Source: Clostridia bacterium (lineage in GTDB: Bacteria; Bacillota; Sulfobacillia; SLMV01). From it: DNA of 64,000 bases. Every line of letters begins with the position of its first letter. Positions within the stretch are counted from its first letter, which is position 1. Both the position numbers and the translations under genes were made by a program. The notes below the pieces were generated by a model. That model saw nothing but the letters and a program-made list of their open reading frames with translations, searched no databases and was not told the origin of the DNA. Shown piece after piece: positions 19,152 to 28,629 of this stretch. The stretch is from contig PUMD01000133.1 of the NCBI GenBank assembly GCA_003551215.1, positions 2,494 to 66,493 on the forward strand. Reading direction: 5' to 3'.

Positions 19152-19805
19152 GTGAGCACGTTTCCTCAGCCTGATCTTTATCCGACGGAATACGAGGCAA
19201 TGGGTGACGAGGATCTGGTAGAAGTTGCTCGGTCGGGTAGCAAAAGAGCCCTGGATTTCTTGATGCTGAAATACAGACATTTTGTGAAAGCCAAAGCAAG
19301 AAGCTACTTCCTGGTTGGTGCAGATCGCGAGGACATAATCCAGGAAGGGATGATAGGTCTTTACAAGGCCGTACGAGACTTTCGTCCAGAGAAGCTGTCG
19401 TCGTTCAAGGTATTTGCAGAACTGTGCATACAGAGGCAGATCATAACTGCCATAAAGACGGCCACGCGCCAAAAACATATACCGCTGAACTCCTATGTCT
19501 CACTGAATAAACCCATCTATGACGAAGATTCTGATCGCACGCTGATGGATGTTTTAGCCGGAAGTCATATATCCAATCCCGAACAGCTCATTATCTCGCG
19601 CGAGGAGTTCAACCAGATTGAAAAGAGAATGGGCGAGATGCTAAGCGAGCTGGAATGGCAGGTCCTTATGGCTTACCTGGACGGCAAGTCATATCAGGAG
19701 ATTGCCGACCAGATAGGCCGGCACGTCAAATCGGTAGACAACGCTTTACAGAGGGTAAAGCGGAAGCTTGAGCAGTATCTGCTGGAGGCGGAGGACAAAA
19801 GGTAG
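19152..19805 (+). CDS. sigH: Sporulation/transition-state sigma factor SigH
   Basis: Sigma-70 regions 2 and 4 (DIIQEGMIGLYKAVRDF; SYQEIADQIGRHVKSVDNALQR). GTG start after GGAGGAG. Confidence 0.85.
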   Translation: MSTFPQPDLYPTEYEAMGDEDLVEVARSGSKRALDFLMLKYRHFVKAKARSYFLVGADREDIIQEGMIGLYKAVRDFRPEKLSSFKVFAELCIQRQIITAIKTATRQKHIPLNSYVSLNKPIYDEDSDRTLMDVLAGSHISNPEQLIISREEFNQIEKRMGEMLSELEWQVLMAYLDGKSYQEIADQIGRHVKSVDNALQRVKRKLEQYLLEAEDKR

Positions 19806-19885
19806 GATGATCTTCTGCAGGACTATACATAAAGGCCAAGTTGTCGCCGGGCGATAGCGTTGGGTCAAGATATTATTTCAACCTG

Positions 19886-19914
19886 GCAGGGCGGGGTTTC
19901 CGTCCTGCTTTTTT
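19886..19914 (+). terminator. Rho-independent terminator of sigH
   Basis: 9-bp stem GCAGGGCGG/CCGTCCTGC (one G-U pair), loop GGTTT, followed by TTTTTT. Confidence 0.65.
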
Positions 19915-19975
19915 GAATTTTCGGGGTCGGCGGATACATCCCATGCAAATGCTGCTGAGCATGTCTGCGGATATG

Positions 19976-20446
19976 TTACACTACCTGCCCGCCGTTTCTG
20001 CTGATCGCCTGACGCACCCGGGGCAGCTGCGGTCTTGATGTGAATACGATCAGCAGACGCGGCTCGGTTGGTAGGGGGCGGTGGGGGGTTGTCAGACAAT
20101 AAATGGAGGCCAGGGTGGCGGTTATAAGTGCGAAGGAACCTCCCACCGCGAGGTAGGCTGGATATCTGCCGCCTGCGAATAGAGGGGCGAAAAAAGCCAG
20201 AGGAAGGAACCCGGCATGATGAAGATAAAGCAGAGTGATGCCCAGCAGTGCCCCTAGTAGCCCGCCCACGGCTGTTTTTTGCGCTTCACCGCGGCTGAGG
20301 AACAGCTGCTGGGATATCAATCTCTGGGTGTCCTCTGTCGGACCAAGAACCTGTCCGCTGCCCCACTGCTGAGATTCAATCTCCTCAAGCGCGGCGAGTG
20401 CCTGTTCCTCGGTGGCAAAAGTGGCTGCCAGCTTACTCATTTTCAT
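19976..20446 (-). CDS. YflT/general-stress-protein-17M-like domain membrane protein
   Basis: N-terminal KLAATFATEEQALAALEEI resembles the YflT (DUF1269) domain. Followed by two transmembrane helices. GGGAGGA RBS. The 3' part may be over-extended. Confidence 0.4.
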   Translation of the reverse strand: MKMSKLAATFATEEQALAALEEIESQQWGSGQVLGPTEDTQRLISQQLFLSRGEAQKTAVGGLLGALLGITLLYLHHAGFLPLAFFAPLFAGGRYPAYLAVGGSFALITATLASIYCLTTPHRPLPTEPRLLIVFTSRPQLPRVRQAISRNGGQVV

Positions 20447-21656
20447 CCTCCCGTTTTCTAAGAAGTCTCACCAGTTGATTGGTCAGTTGCTCAGGAACCT
20501 GGTCTGGTCCACCTATTACCCAGCCGCGGTTGAATCTGCTGACCAGGTGGGAGGTCGCTTGCGGCTGCAGCTGTCTCAGAAGCCTTTGTGTGGGCTCTGG
20601 TAGGTTGCCCTGTCTGAGCCATAGCAGGGGGCCAGCGTTCCCCCGGTGGGCCAAAGCGGCGGAAACCATCGCCTGCAAAGGACTCTCCTCATCTGCGAAA
20701 ACTGGGCTCAATCCAGGGCCCGAAGCTGCCCATCCCATATCGCGGGGGATTGCATCCAGCCACCAGCGCAGCTGGTCACCGCTGTCGGAGTACATTGCGA
20801 AAGAGGCAGCAAGTTCAGCTGCGTCCTCACCTGGTATTCGCTGAACATGTCCAAAATTGGCCAAGTCCCTGATCGCATCAGGTCCGATCGCGCCGGCAGG
20901 AGCCATAACATATATGAAGGCACCGCGAGGTCTGAGGTCTAACGCGCGCTTGGTTGCTTCAGGTAGCGAATCCTGATGGCTGAAAAGGATGGGCTGTCCC
21001 CTGCGAGCGGCCCAGAAGGCTCCAGTAGCTGCCAGCTGAGGGTCATCGACGGGTACTATAACTGTCTCGCTGCGATGATCACCCAGAAGAATCGAAAGGT
21101 AGTGATCTATTTTCTCGGCTAGTTCTTCTGGTGATGATGCTTTCAACCAGCGGAAACGGAATCCTTCGTCCTGCAGGGTACGTTGCACACCCGACGGAAG
21201 GTCCCCACAAAGCAATACCTGTGCGCCAGCATCACGCAGTATGCCCAGGGGGTTCAAGCGTCTTATCTCTCTCAGTACCAACTCAGGAAGGGGGGCGGAG
21301 GGTATGGGGATTACCGGCGCATCTACTGGTAGAGCGCTCAGCCGTGCAGCAGCAGCTGCGGTCCGCCAGTCATCATCAGGTACCAGTACTACGGCATTGG
21401 GTCTGGCCGAGCCTCCCGTTGCTGGGTATATGGTCTGTGATACGGTCAGCCCTACTGTCAATGGATCATCGCAGGGTATCTGTCGAATAGTCCCGAACTC
21501 CCTTTGGGCTCTGACGGATTGCCTGCTCGCATCTGGATACTGATAGGCAGCGGGAAGCAGGTAAGCGGCAAGAATTGCCGCCAAAAGTAATCCACCGGCA
21601 AGATAACACGCTATTTTCAGCTTGCGTTGCGACTTCTGGTAATCATTCGAGGGCAT
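20433..21656 (-). CDS. Membrane-anchored protein with three CWB2-like cell-wall-binding repeats
   Basis: N-terminal transmembrane anchor. Three repeats of the pattern vvLVpdDd..aAaAarLSA...aPvipi / QPILFS..SLPEATKRALDL...FIYVMAPAGAIGPDAIRDL..VQRIPGEDAAELAA, matching the CWB2 (PF04122-type) consensus. AGGAGGA RBS. Confidence 0.55.
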   Translation of the reverse strand: MPSNDYQKSQRKLKIACYLAGGLLLAAILAAYLLPAAYQYPDASRQSVRAQREFGTIRQIPCDDPLTVGLTVSQTIYPATGGSARPNAVVLVPDDDWRTAAAAARLSALPVDAPVIPIPSAPLPELVLREIRRLNPLGILRDAGAQVLLCGDLPSGVQRTLQDEGFRFRWLKASSPEELAEKIDHYLSILLGDHRSETVIVPVDDPQLAATGAFWAARRGQPILFSHQDSLPEATKRALDLRPRGAFIYVMAPAGAIGPDAIRDLANFGHVQRIPGEDAAELAASFAMYSDSGDQLRWWLDAIPRDMGWAASGPGLSPVFADEESPLQAMVSAALAHRGNAGPLLWLRQGNLPEPTQRLLRQLQPQATSHLVSRFNRGWVIGGPDQVPEQLTNQLVRLLRKREDENE

Positions 21657-21668
21657 AGGGTAATCCTC

Positions 21669-23558
21669 CTAAAATCTATCATACTGCGGCAGTGCGGCTG
21701 CCCAATAGAGACTGAGCGGGTAAGTGGTCAGCAGGGCGAATGCAGCACCAATTGAAGCGCTTCCCCACCAGGCAGTACGTCCCACAACCGGCGGCCAGCT
21801 CAGATACAGGTACTCCAGCAGCCACACTGCAAGAGAAAAGGCCAAAGCTGCTGAGGTCACCATGGACAGGGTTACCGGCCAGCGAGCCCCCAGGTCTTTG
21901 CTGTAGCTGATACTGGAATCCATGCTCGGATCCAGAACAAATATCACCACAGCAGCGGCAACCGCATAGCCGACCATCAGCGACCATATTCCTGGATTAC
22001 CCAGCCAAAATATCGAACCGGTCGTCATAAGCAATGCTGCACCACCGCCCTTGATTACTAGGCGGGTGACTATCATCAGCGCCGAGGTTACCCCCACCAC
22101 CACGACTGCCCCAGCGACGGCCTGAGTAAGGGGCGTCCGACTCGAACTATCAGCCGCTACCAAAGGGCGCTCTCCCCGGTAGCTCAGGTAGTACCCCAGC
22201 AGACCGAGAGGTCCGGTGGTGAGCACCGCCGTCACCCAGGCCAGCCGCTTCACCTGACCCACGGTTCTTCTTCGCATTGTCGAGTGACACCAGGTCCATA
22301 CCCCTCCCAGCCAGCTGGCCGTCATCCACAGTAAAAGGAGGGATTCCAGGCCACTGCTGGCCCGGGATGTTTGCGTCAGATAGGGTCCTGCCGTATTTAT
22401 GTAATCTATGCGAGCCTGCAGGGGCCAGCTGATGATTGCCTCCCCACCTGCGATCCATGTGTAGTTGAAAGGAGCTCCGGCAGAGCTATCCGTCCAGCTT
22501 GGACGTATGCTCCATAGATAAGTCTCCACTGATGGGCAGATGGCTTCAGATTGAGTCAGCAGGGTCGGACCTGCCCATATGTCGGAAAATACCTGAGCAG
22601 AAGCTATCAGGTGCTCCGGGTATTCCGGGTTACCCACCAGATGTACGTGGTCTTTGTGGGGTGTGTTTTCACTGTACCAGCCGAAATGAGTTCCTCTATC
22701 ATAATACCGCGCCATTGCCAGGGCATGCTGCTCCGGGTTACGCCCGGCAACCCTGGTGATCTGTCCGATTTTGCCCAGTTCTTCTACCACCGCCGTACCG
22801 GCTATGTGAAGGGGACTGGCGAGGTATATATTCAATTTCTTATCCCCAAGCTGTTTCTGCAGGCTCTGAAGACGGGAGACCACGTCCTTGCTTGGCCCGT
22901 TGCTGTCTATCGGGTAAACATGATCTGCCGTACGGGACAGCCAGGTAGCCAGAGGTAGCGCATATCTGGAATCCTCACTGCTTACCAGGATGACCCGTTC
23001 GTCATTTACTGTCGAATTCAGCTCCGAAACCAGCTCGTCGACGGCAAGGGCAAGGGGGGGACCTGAGCTGTCCACACACCGAATGCGGAACCTTCTGGCC
23101 AGCTTCGTCCTGATTTGCTGAGAGAACTCGCCGACAAGGATGATCTGCTTTCTCCGTTGTCCGATTCCTCGGGGCGACAGCTGTTTCATCTCGGCGAGCA
23201 CCTCTTTTGAAGGCTCCTCATCTGCGTCCAGAAGCACAAGTCCTGCTCCTACGGGTGGCGCAGTGAGCCGCAAAGCGTAAAGGGCAGCCAGTGGGTCTGC
23301 AGCGGGAGCCACCACCAGCCCGGGGACAGCACCACTGTGGGCGTACCGCACACGGACGGCCTGCAGGCTCAGGTCGGTGATGTTGTCCCCCGATAGTCTC
23401 GTGGTGTGTGCCGTCAGGGGCACAGCATCTTCCGCATAATCGCCTGAAGCAGATCTTCTCATGCACATCACGTGATCATATGTCAGGTAAAAGGGAGTGG
23501 CCAGAAGAACAACTATAAGGCCATACAGAATTATTCTTGCTGCCGTTTTCACCCGCAT
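21669..23558 (-). CDS. Large membrane protein: N-terminal anchor, three CWB2-like repeats, C-terminal roughly 6-TM domain of unknown function
   Basis: Repeats GLVVAPAADPLAALYALRLTAPP.., ERVILVSSEDSRYALPLATWLS.., HLVGNPEYPEHLIASAQVF.. Hydrophobic C-terminal third. Weak RBS; start ATG 23558 or GTG 23561. Confidence 0.5.
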   Translation of the reverse strand: MRVKTAARIILYGLIVVLLATPFYLTYDHVMCMRRSASGDYAEDAVPLTAHTTRLSGDNITDLSLQAVRVRYAHSGAVPGLVVAPAADPLAALYALRLTAPPVGAGLVLLDADEEPSKEVLAEMKQLSPRGIGQRRKQIILVGEFSQQIRTKLARRFRIRCVDSSGPPLALAVDELVSELNSTVNDERVILVSSEDSRYALPLATWLSRTADHVYPIDSNGPSKDVVSRLQSLQKQLGDKKLNIYLASPLHIAGTAVVEELGKIGQITRVAGRNPEQHALAMARYYDRGTHFGWYSENTPHKDHVHLVGNPEYPEHLIASAQVFSDIWAGPTLLTQSEAICPSVETYLWSIRPSWTDSSAGAPFNYTWIAGGEAIISWPLQARIDYINTAGPYLTQTSRASSGLESLLLLWMTASWLGGVWTWCHSTMRRRTVGQVKRLAWVTAVLTTGPLGLLGYYLSYRGERPLVAADSSSRTPLTQAVAGAVVVVGVTSALMIVTRLVIKGGGAALLMTTGSIFWLGNPGIWSLMVGYAVAAAVVIFVLDPSMDSSISYSKDLGARWPVTLSMVTSAALAFSLAVWLLEYLYLSWPPVVGRTAWWGSASIGAAFALLTTYPLSLYWAAALPQYDRF

Positions 23559-23986
23559 CACCCGGGAAACAGTGTTCCCGAAATGACGGATTATATTATC
23601 GGCGGTTAACCTGACTTCTGCTGGTGTTAGCGTAAAGTCTTGGCAGGTAGAGTGAGGTTAGACGTAAAATAAGGACCTCACCCGGCGTTGCAAATGTTGG
23701 GTATGCTGCATTGCAGCTGACAGCATCTGTATTATGTGTTCATCCTCGAGTCCGGCATGGTACACTTAGCTGACTGGACTTGGTGAGGTTCGTTTTTGCC
23801 CAGGCTCATTGTATCATCGAGGTCAGACCCGTGCAGCCTTGCGCCTTGAGATTCAACCAAAAGCGGGTGGACACAAAGGAGATCGACTGTCGCCTGCTGA
23901 ACCTAGCTGATTGCGGACGTCAATGATCATCTTTGGAGTGTCCCCATCGTGGGGGACACCATTTCAGCATATGAGGAGCTGATCAA

Positions 23987-24976
23987 GTGAGCAGGATAGA
24001 GGAATCTATATTTGTGCCTGACCGATTGCGTGCTCGGGTACGGCAGACCATTTACCGCGTGCTGGGCCCGCACCTGGACAAACGACAGGAGCCTCACTGC
24101 GAATACAGCTATGCAATCCAGCCCTGTGATGACAGCAAACTGGTAGTGAGGCAGTTTTACACCGGGACCCTGCAAATACAGGGCAACAGCACAGAACTGT
24201 ACGGCAGACTCCTCAGGGAATTGGACAGACTGCTGGACAGCTGTGAAAAGAATGAGAGTGAAAGCTGCGACAACAGGTTCGCACTATGTCCGTTTCCTCA
24301 TGTGGGCAGCGACGAAGCGGGAAAAGGTGATTACTTCGGACCGCTGGTGGTGGCTGCCTTGTTCGCCGACCGGCAGCAGGCAGAAACGCTGCGAGCCTGG
24401 GGGGTATCTGACTCCAAGAGCATAAGCGATTCACGCTGCCGTGCCCTGTGCCGTCGTATACGGGATCGATTCGAAGAGGTCATAGCGGTGAGAGTGGTGC
24501 TTCCCTCAGAGTACAATGTGCTTTACAGCAGATTCAGTAGCAGTGGGGATAATTTGAACGACCTTTTGGCTGCCTGCCACCTGCAAGTCATAAAGCAGTT
24601 GATCGACCGGACTAACGCCTATGAACAGCCTATTGCCGTCCTGGTGGACAAATTTGCTCGCGATTCGCTTCTTCTCGACCGGCTGAAAGCTGCTGAGTTG
24701 GAGGGGTATGATCTTGAGTCTAAGCTGTCGATTCGACAGATGGTTAGAGCCGAAGAGGATCCGGTGGTTGCAGCGGCGTCGGTTGTGGCGCGGGGCGTCT
24801 TCCTCGAATCACTGCAGGATCTGTCTGATGAGTTCGACATTGAACTTCCCAAGGGTGCTGGAGATCAGACTATTTCCGCGGGTAAGAATCTAACAGAGTC
24901 CTGGGGGGCGGAGATGCTGCAGCAGGTAGCCAAATTACACTTTGCCAACACCGATAGGATACTTGAGGATAGCTGA
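23987..24976 (+). CDS. rnhC: Ribonuclease HIII
   Basis: N-terminal TBP-like domain (FYTGTLQIQG). RNase HII/HIII catalytic motif GSDEAGKGDYFGPLVVAA. GTG start after GAGGAG. Confidence 0.75.
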   Translation: MSRIEESIFVPDRLRARVRQTIYRVLGPHLDKRQEPHCEYSYAIQPCDDSKLVVRQFYTGTLQIQGNSTELYGRLLRELDRLLDSCEKNESESCDNRFALCPFPHVGSDEAGKGDYFGPLVVAALFADRQQAETLRAWGVSDSKSISDSRCRALCRRIRDRFEEVIAVRVVLPSEYNVLYSRFSSSGDNLNDLLAACHLQVIKQLIDRTNAYEQPIAVLVDKFARDSLLLDRLKAAELEGYDLESKLSIRQMVRAEEDPVVAAASVVARGVFLESLQDLSDEFDIELPKGAGDQTISAGKNLTESWGAEMLQQVAKLHFANTDRILEDS

Positions 24977-24994
24977 CTGCGGGAGGGGAGTGCA

Positions 24995-25954
24995 ATGAGC
25001 AAAAAGATGTGGCGTCTTTTGAAAATAATGCATCTGGCAGCCGGCAATGAGAAACTCAAAGCTCCGGAGATGGCGGAGCGTCTGGGAGTATCGGTGCGAA
25101 CTTTTCACCGGGACAGACAACTGCTCGAGGAAGCGGGCCTGGGAGTAGTCTTCGACGGAGAAGGGTACTCTCTTGCCGGGGAGCCCTTTCTTCCCTCGGT
25201 GAAGCTGAGGCGTGACGAAGGCCTGGCGCTGATGCTCACTGTACAGAGTGTTTTGGATGCTGACTCGATCCCCTATTCAGAAAGCCTGCGCGGCGCTTTC
25301 GAGAAGATCGTATCCGGAATTCCTCCACACATGCGCAGAAACATAAGCAGACTGGGTCGCGAGATTCAAATAAGGCAGCAGCCCATGGTGAACATGTCAC
25401 CCTACCAGGAGGCTTTTGACGTGTTACGTGTTGCCATCGAAGAACAACAGGTTGTTCGCGCTGACTACATGGGACGTAGTGATGAGGAACCCCTCAGCAG
25501 AGAAATCGAGCCGTTGGGGATATTCCAAAGATGGCGCGCCTGGTACGTAGTAGCTCACTGTAGGCTGCGCGACGATCTGCGAGTATTCCGTATAGACCGC
25601 ATGTCGAATGTTTCTATGACCGAAGGGGAGTTTGTGCCCCGGAGGGATTTTGATCTCGATCGTTTCCTGCAGGAAGCCTGGCTCGTGGAACACGGAGATG
25701 TTCAGGAGGTGCGCATACGGTTCAGCGGAGAGGCCGCCCGGCTGGTAAGAGAGCTCACCTGGCATCCCTCGCAGCGGATAGAAGAGCATTCAGAAGATAG
25801 CCTGATTATGGTCTTCTGCACCGGAGGCAAAAGAGAGGTGGCTGACTGGGTCATGAGTTATGGTTCAAAAGCAGAAGTGCTAGAACCTCCCAGTCTTCGT
25901 TGCCTTGTGGCGCAAAAATCTGCCGAGATATCGTCCGTCTACAAGAGTGATTAA
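24995..25954 (+). CDS. WYL-domain transcriptional regulator (HTH-WYL-WCX, PafBC/YafY-like)
   Basis: N-terminal HTH (MAERLGVSVRTFHRDRQLLEEAG). WYL core (WYVVAHCRLRDDLRVFRIDRM). C-terminal WCX-like region. GGGAGGGGAG RBS. Lies 18 nt after rnhC. Confidence 0.7.
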   Translation: MSKKMWRLLKIMHLAAGNEKLKAPEMAERLGVSVRTFHRDRQLLEEAGLGVVFDGEGYSLAGEPFLPSVKLRRDEGLALMLTVQSVLDADSIPYSESLRGAFEKIVSGIPPHMRRNISRLGREIQIRQQPMVNMSPYQEAFDVLRVAIEEQQVVRADYMGRSDEEPLSREIEPLGIFQRWRAWYVVAHCRLRDDLRVFRIDRMSNVSMTEGEFVPRRDFDLDRFLQEAWLVEHGDVQEVRIRFSGEAARLVRELTWHPSQRIEEHSEDSLIMVFCTGGKREVADWVMSYGSKAEVLEPPSLRCLVAQKSAEISSVYKSD

Positions 25955-26392
25955 GACTGACAAACAACTGACTCCCTGCCGCATGAACCCCTTTCATGAT
26001 GTGGCGCATTCTGATGAGCAGGTTAGGAATCACCTTGATGGCTGGTGTCCTGTCAGTCGCCTTTGCAGCTTCCTGGATTCCCACTAATACGACCTGTGGA
26101 AGGAATGCTGTCGCGTCGGAAGGATATTGGTTCCACCATATAGAAAACAAATAGTACCAAGCACGCAAATTCAATGAAGCAGTATCCGGTTGCATCTGGT
26201 CTGCGCTCGGACACACATCGGAGTTCACCTATTCAGAAAAACTCGCCCAATTAGCAAGATTGATTCAATGTCAGCACATATCGCAGATCTGTTGTCTATA
26301 CACCCACAGCACAATTCAGCCGTATCAGCCGTCTGCGCTCCTGTTGTATCGATGGTGTTGATTTTTGCATTGAGGAGTGGGGGAAGGATCAT

Positions 26393-27112
26393 ATGTTTTC
26401 CTCAGGCAGCATTGCCAGGTGGGCAAAAATAATGCTGGTCGGGCTTCTGTTTGGCCTGGTTATTTGGTATTGTGCGCCTCCCCTTATGCTCTGGTTTGTA
26501 CCCACTCGGGTTCCCGAAGAAATAGCCAGACACTCCGAGGAACAGCTGCCAGACTCCTTCAACAAGATATCAAGGCATCAGGCGGTCAGTCCACTGCAGT
26601 GGAGGGTAACCCACATAGGACATTTTGCCGATGAATTGCATCCCCGCTATCAGGTGGTGTATCTTCAGAACCGTCTGACCGGCAGGGCAGAGGTCTCCGT
26701 CGATTACGTCCAGGGGAGACATCAGCTTTTTCCCTGGCTACAGCCGGTTTCATTTACTGCAGCCTTCTTTCTGTTTATATACCTGGCTGCCCCCAGATTA
26801 CTGGGGCAGCCCTGTCCACACTGCGGCAGCAAACCCTTTTCACTCATCAGTGAAGAGCCGCTGAAACAGGAACCTGGTCCAGCGTTTGCTACTTACCGGG
26901 GCCACTACAGGTGTTCAAAGTGTGGGCTGAACAAGATAACGGTGTACACTGGTTCACGCAAGAGAAATATCATGATGTCCGGGGATCTTGTGCGGGAAAT
27001 GGGTTTCGGGTCGTTGTTTTATGATGAGTCAGATGAGGAAGACCTCTCAGCTTGGGGGCACATTAGCTGGTTGCGAAAGAGTGAAGACGAGGAGTGGTTT
27101 GAGGACTCCTGA
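26393..27112 (+). CDS. Hypothetical membrane protein with a cytoplasmic zinc ribbon and acidic C-terminal tail
   Basis: Two transmembrane segments. CPHCGS...CSKCG zinc-ribbon pair. Tail DESDEEDLSAW...EDEEWFEDS. RBS GGGGGAAGGA. No family recognised. Confidence 0.4.
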   Translation: MFSSGSIARWAKIMLVGLLFGLVIWYCAPPLMLWFVPTRVPEEIARHSEEQLPDSFNKISRHQAVSPLQWRVTHIGHFADELHPRYQVVYLQNRLTGRAEVSVDYVQGRHQLFPWLQPVSFTAAFFLFIYLAAPRLLGQPCPHCGSKPFSLISEEPLKQEPGPAFATYRGHYRCSKCGLNKITVYTGSRKRNIMMSGDLVREMGFGSLFYDESDEEDLSAWGHISWLRKSEDEEWFEDS

Positions 27113-27231
27113 AACACCTGTGCGGCGCTGCGCTACGCAGCATTTTAAGGGCGTCCAGTCTGCCGATAGCTGCGGTCGGCAGCTGGCGCCCAATCTGTCT
27201 TCCTGGCTGATCCCTTGCTTTCAAATGCACA

Positions 27232-28002
27232 TCAATCTTTTTTGAGCAGTTTTTCAAGCACCTGGCTGACCATGGCGCGTCGGAAGCTGGGTATGTCAAA
27301 CTCCTCTGCGAGAGCCTCGGTGGCCTCCTCGTGTGATTTTTGCGCGATCAGCTGCCTGCTGCGCTCGTTGAACCTGCGTAAAAACTCACCCTGCTGTGCC
27401 AACAGCTCTTTTCCTCCCGGCTTACCATGTCCGGGAATTACGTACTCCACATCATATTCCAGCAGGTTTTGCAGGGTGGAGATCCAGAGATCTATGTCTG
27501 CGTCAAGCATGAAAGGGAAGCGTCCTGAAAAGACCAGGTCGCTTACTATCAGAACTGATCTTTGCGGGATATGCACCACGGTTGTTCCCGGAGCATGGCC
27601 ACCCACTTCAATCACTTCCAAGGTAATGTCCGAAAAACGAAGTGACAACTCATTGTCAAAGGTGATATCCGGAAGTGGTAGCGGTATATCCTGGTCAACG
27701 AGTTCTTTCCAGCTTTCTTCAAGGCGTTCTTTCATCAAGTTGTAAGTGGTTTTTGTAGACATGGTAGGGACATCAAAGGCCTGATTACCGAAAGTATGAT
27801 CCGCATGATAGTGCGTGTTTATGAGCATGTAGATGGGTTTCGCCGTGCTGGCGGATATGTGTCCGAACAGCAGTTCACCGTCGGCCGGTGTTCGCATCGT
27901 ATCCACAACCACGGTTCCTGTGTCTGTGGAGATGAATGCTGAGTTGACCGTCTCTTCTGCGTCGCTGACCATAAATACCCCGTCGGTGACTTTCATTTTC
28001 AT
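27232..28002 (-). CDS. MBL-fold metallo-hydrolase
   Basis: HYHADHTFGN (HxHxDH) motif and downstream His/Asp ligands. GGGAGGA RBS before ATGAAAATG. Confidence 0.65.
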   Translation of the reverse strand: MKMKVTDGVFMVSDAEETVNSAFISTDTGTVVVDTMRTPADGELLFGHISASTAKPIYMLINTHYHADHTFGNQAFDVPTMSTKTTYNLMKERLEESWKELVDQDIPLPLPDITFDNELSLRFSDITLEVIEVGGHAPGTTVVHIPQRSVLIVSDLVFSGRFPFMLDADIDLWISTLQNLLEYDVEYVIPGHGKPGGKELLAQQGEFLRRFNERSRQLIAQKSHEEATEALAEEFDIPSFRRAMVSQVLEKLLKKD

Positions 28003-28239
28003 TCCTCCCGCATACAGGATTTCTGACGGCATGCCGAATCGGTCGCACGTATTATCCTATTCTCGAAGCGAAGTCGAAAACCTGTATATGTTCTCACCTG
28101 GTGTCAGATCAAGGCTTGAGCAGCTTTATCTGGCCGATGAGACCGGATTTGCTTGATTTTTATGTTAGATGTGCTGGAGGATTTCCAGCATAGCGGCTTG
28201 ACACACAAACCATCATATCTCATGGAGGAGGTGAGCTAC

Positions 28240-28536
28240 TTGACCACCGGAACCAAGCTCCATCAGACCATCAGCCAGCTGAAGGCTGCAGCCGGTAACC
28301 TGCAGAGTTTCGCTCTGGATACAGATGATCCGCAGGCGAAGCAGATGTTCACCAGTGCATCCCAGCAGCTGGATAAGATAGTCGATCAGGTGAGTGCCCG
28401 CACCAACTATGTGGAGCAGCAGGAACCAGCGTACAAGATGACCCAGATGGCTCAGTCTGCTCAGCAGCAGAATCAGGGACAAGGCCAGGGACAGGGCCAG
28501 CGGCAAGGACGACCAAGACAGAATAGGCGCCGCTGA
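28240..28536 (+). CDS. DUF1657-family small protein (sporulation-associated) with a Gln/Gly-repeat tail
   Basis: MTTGTKLHQTISQLKAAAGNLQSFALDTDDPQAKQMF...QEPAY matches the DUF1657 pattern. TTG start 7 nt after GGAGGAGGTGA. Tail QGQGQGQGQRQGRPRQNRRR. Confidence 0.5.
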   Translation: MTTGTKLHQTISQLKAAAGNLQSFALDTDDPQAKQMFTSASQQLDKIVDQVSARTNYVEQQEPAYKMTQMAQSAQQQNQGQGQGQGQRQGRPRQNRRR

Positions 28537-28567
28537 ACGCCCCGCTGTCAAGCCGGAGTCAAAGTAG

Positions 28568-28602
28568 CAAAAAGCCCGGCCCCCGAGACATCGGGCCGGG
28601 CT
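28568..28602. terminator. Bidirectional terminator between the DUF1657 gene and prsA
   Basis: AAAAA, then a perfect 10-bp inverted repeat AGCCCGGCCC / GGGCCGGGCT. Gives a T-tract on the minus strand for prsA. Confidence 0.6.
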
Positions 28603-28629
28603 AACTTCAATGGAAATGGCTGCAGATGT

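Noticed and set aside
25851-26228. 125-aa minus-strand ORF overlapping the 3' end of the WYL regulator gene
   Set aside because: It is antisense to a well-supported gene for about 100 nt, has no RBS, and the codon usage is atypical.
28480-28536. Short tandem GGACAAGGCCAGGGACAGGGCCAG repeat
   Set aside because: It encodes the QGQGQGQ low-complexity tail of the DUF1657 protein. It is neither a CRISPR array nor a noncoding repeat.
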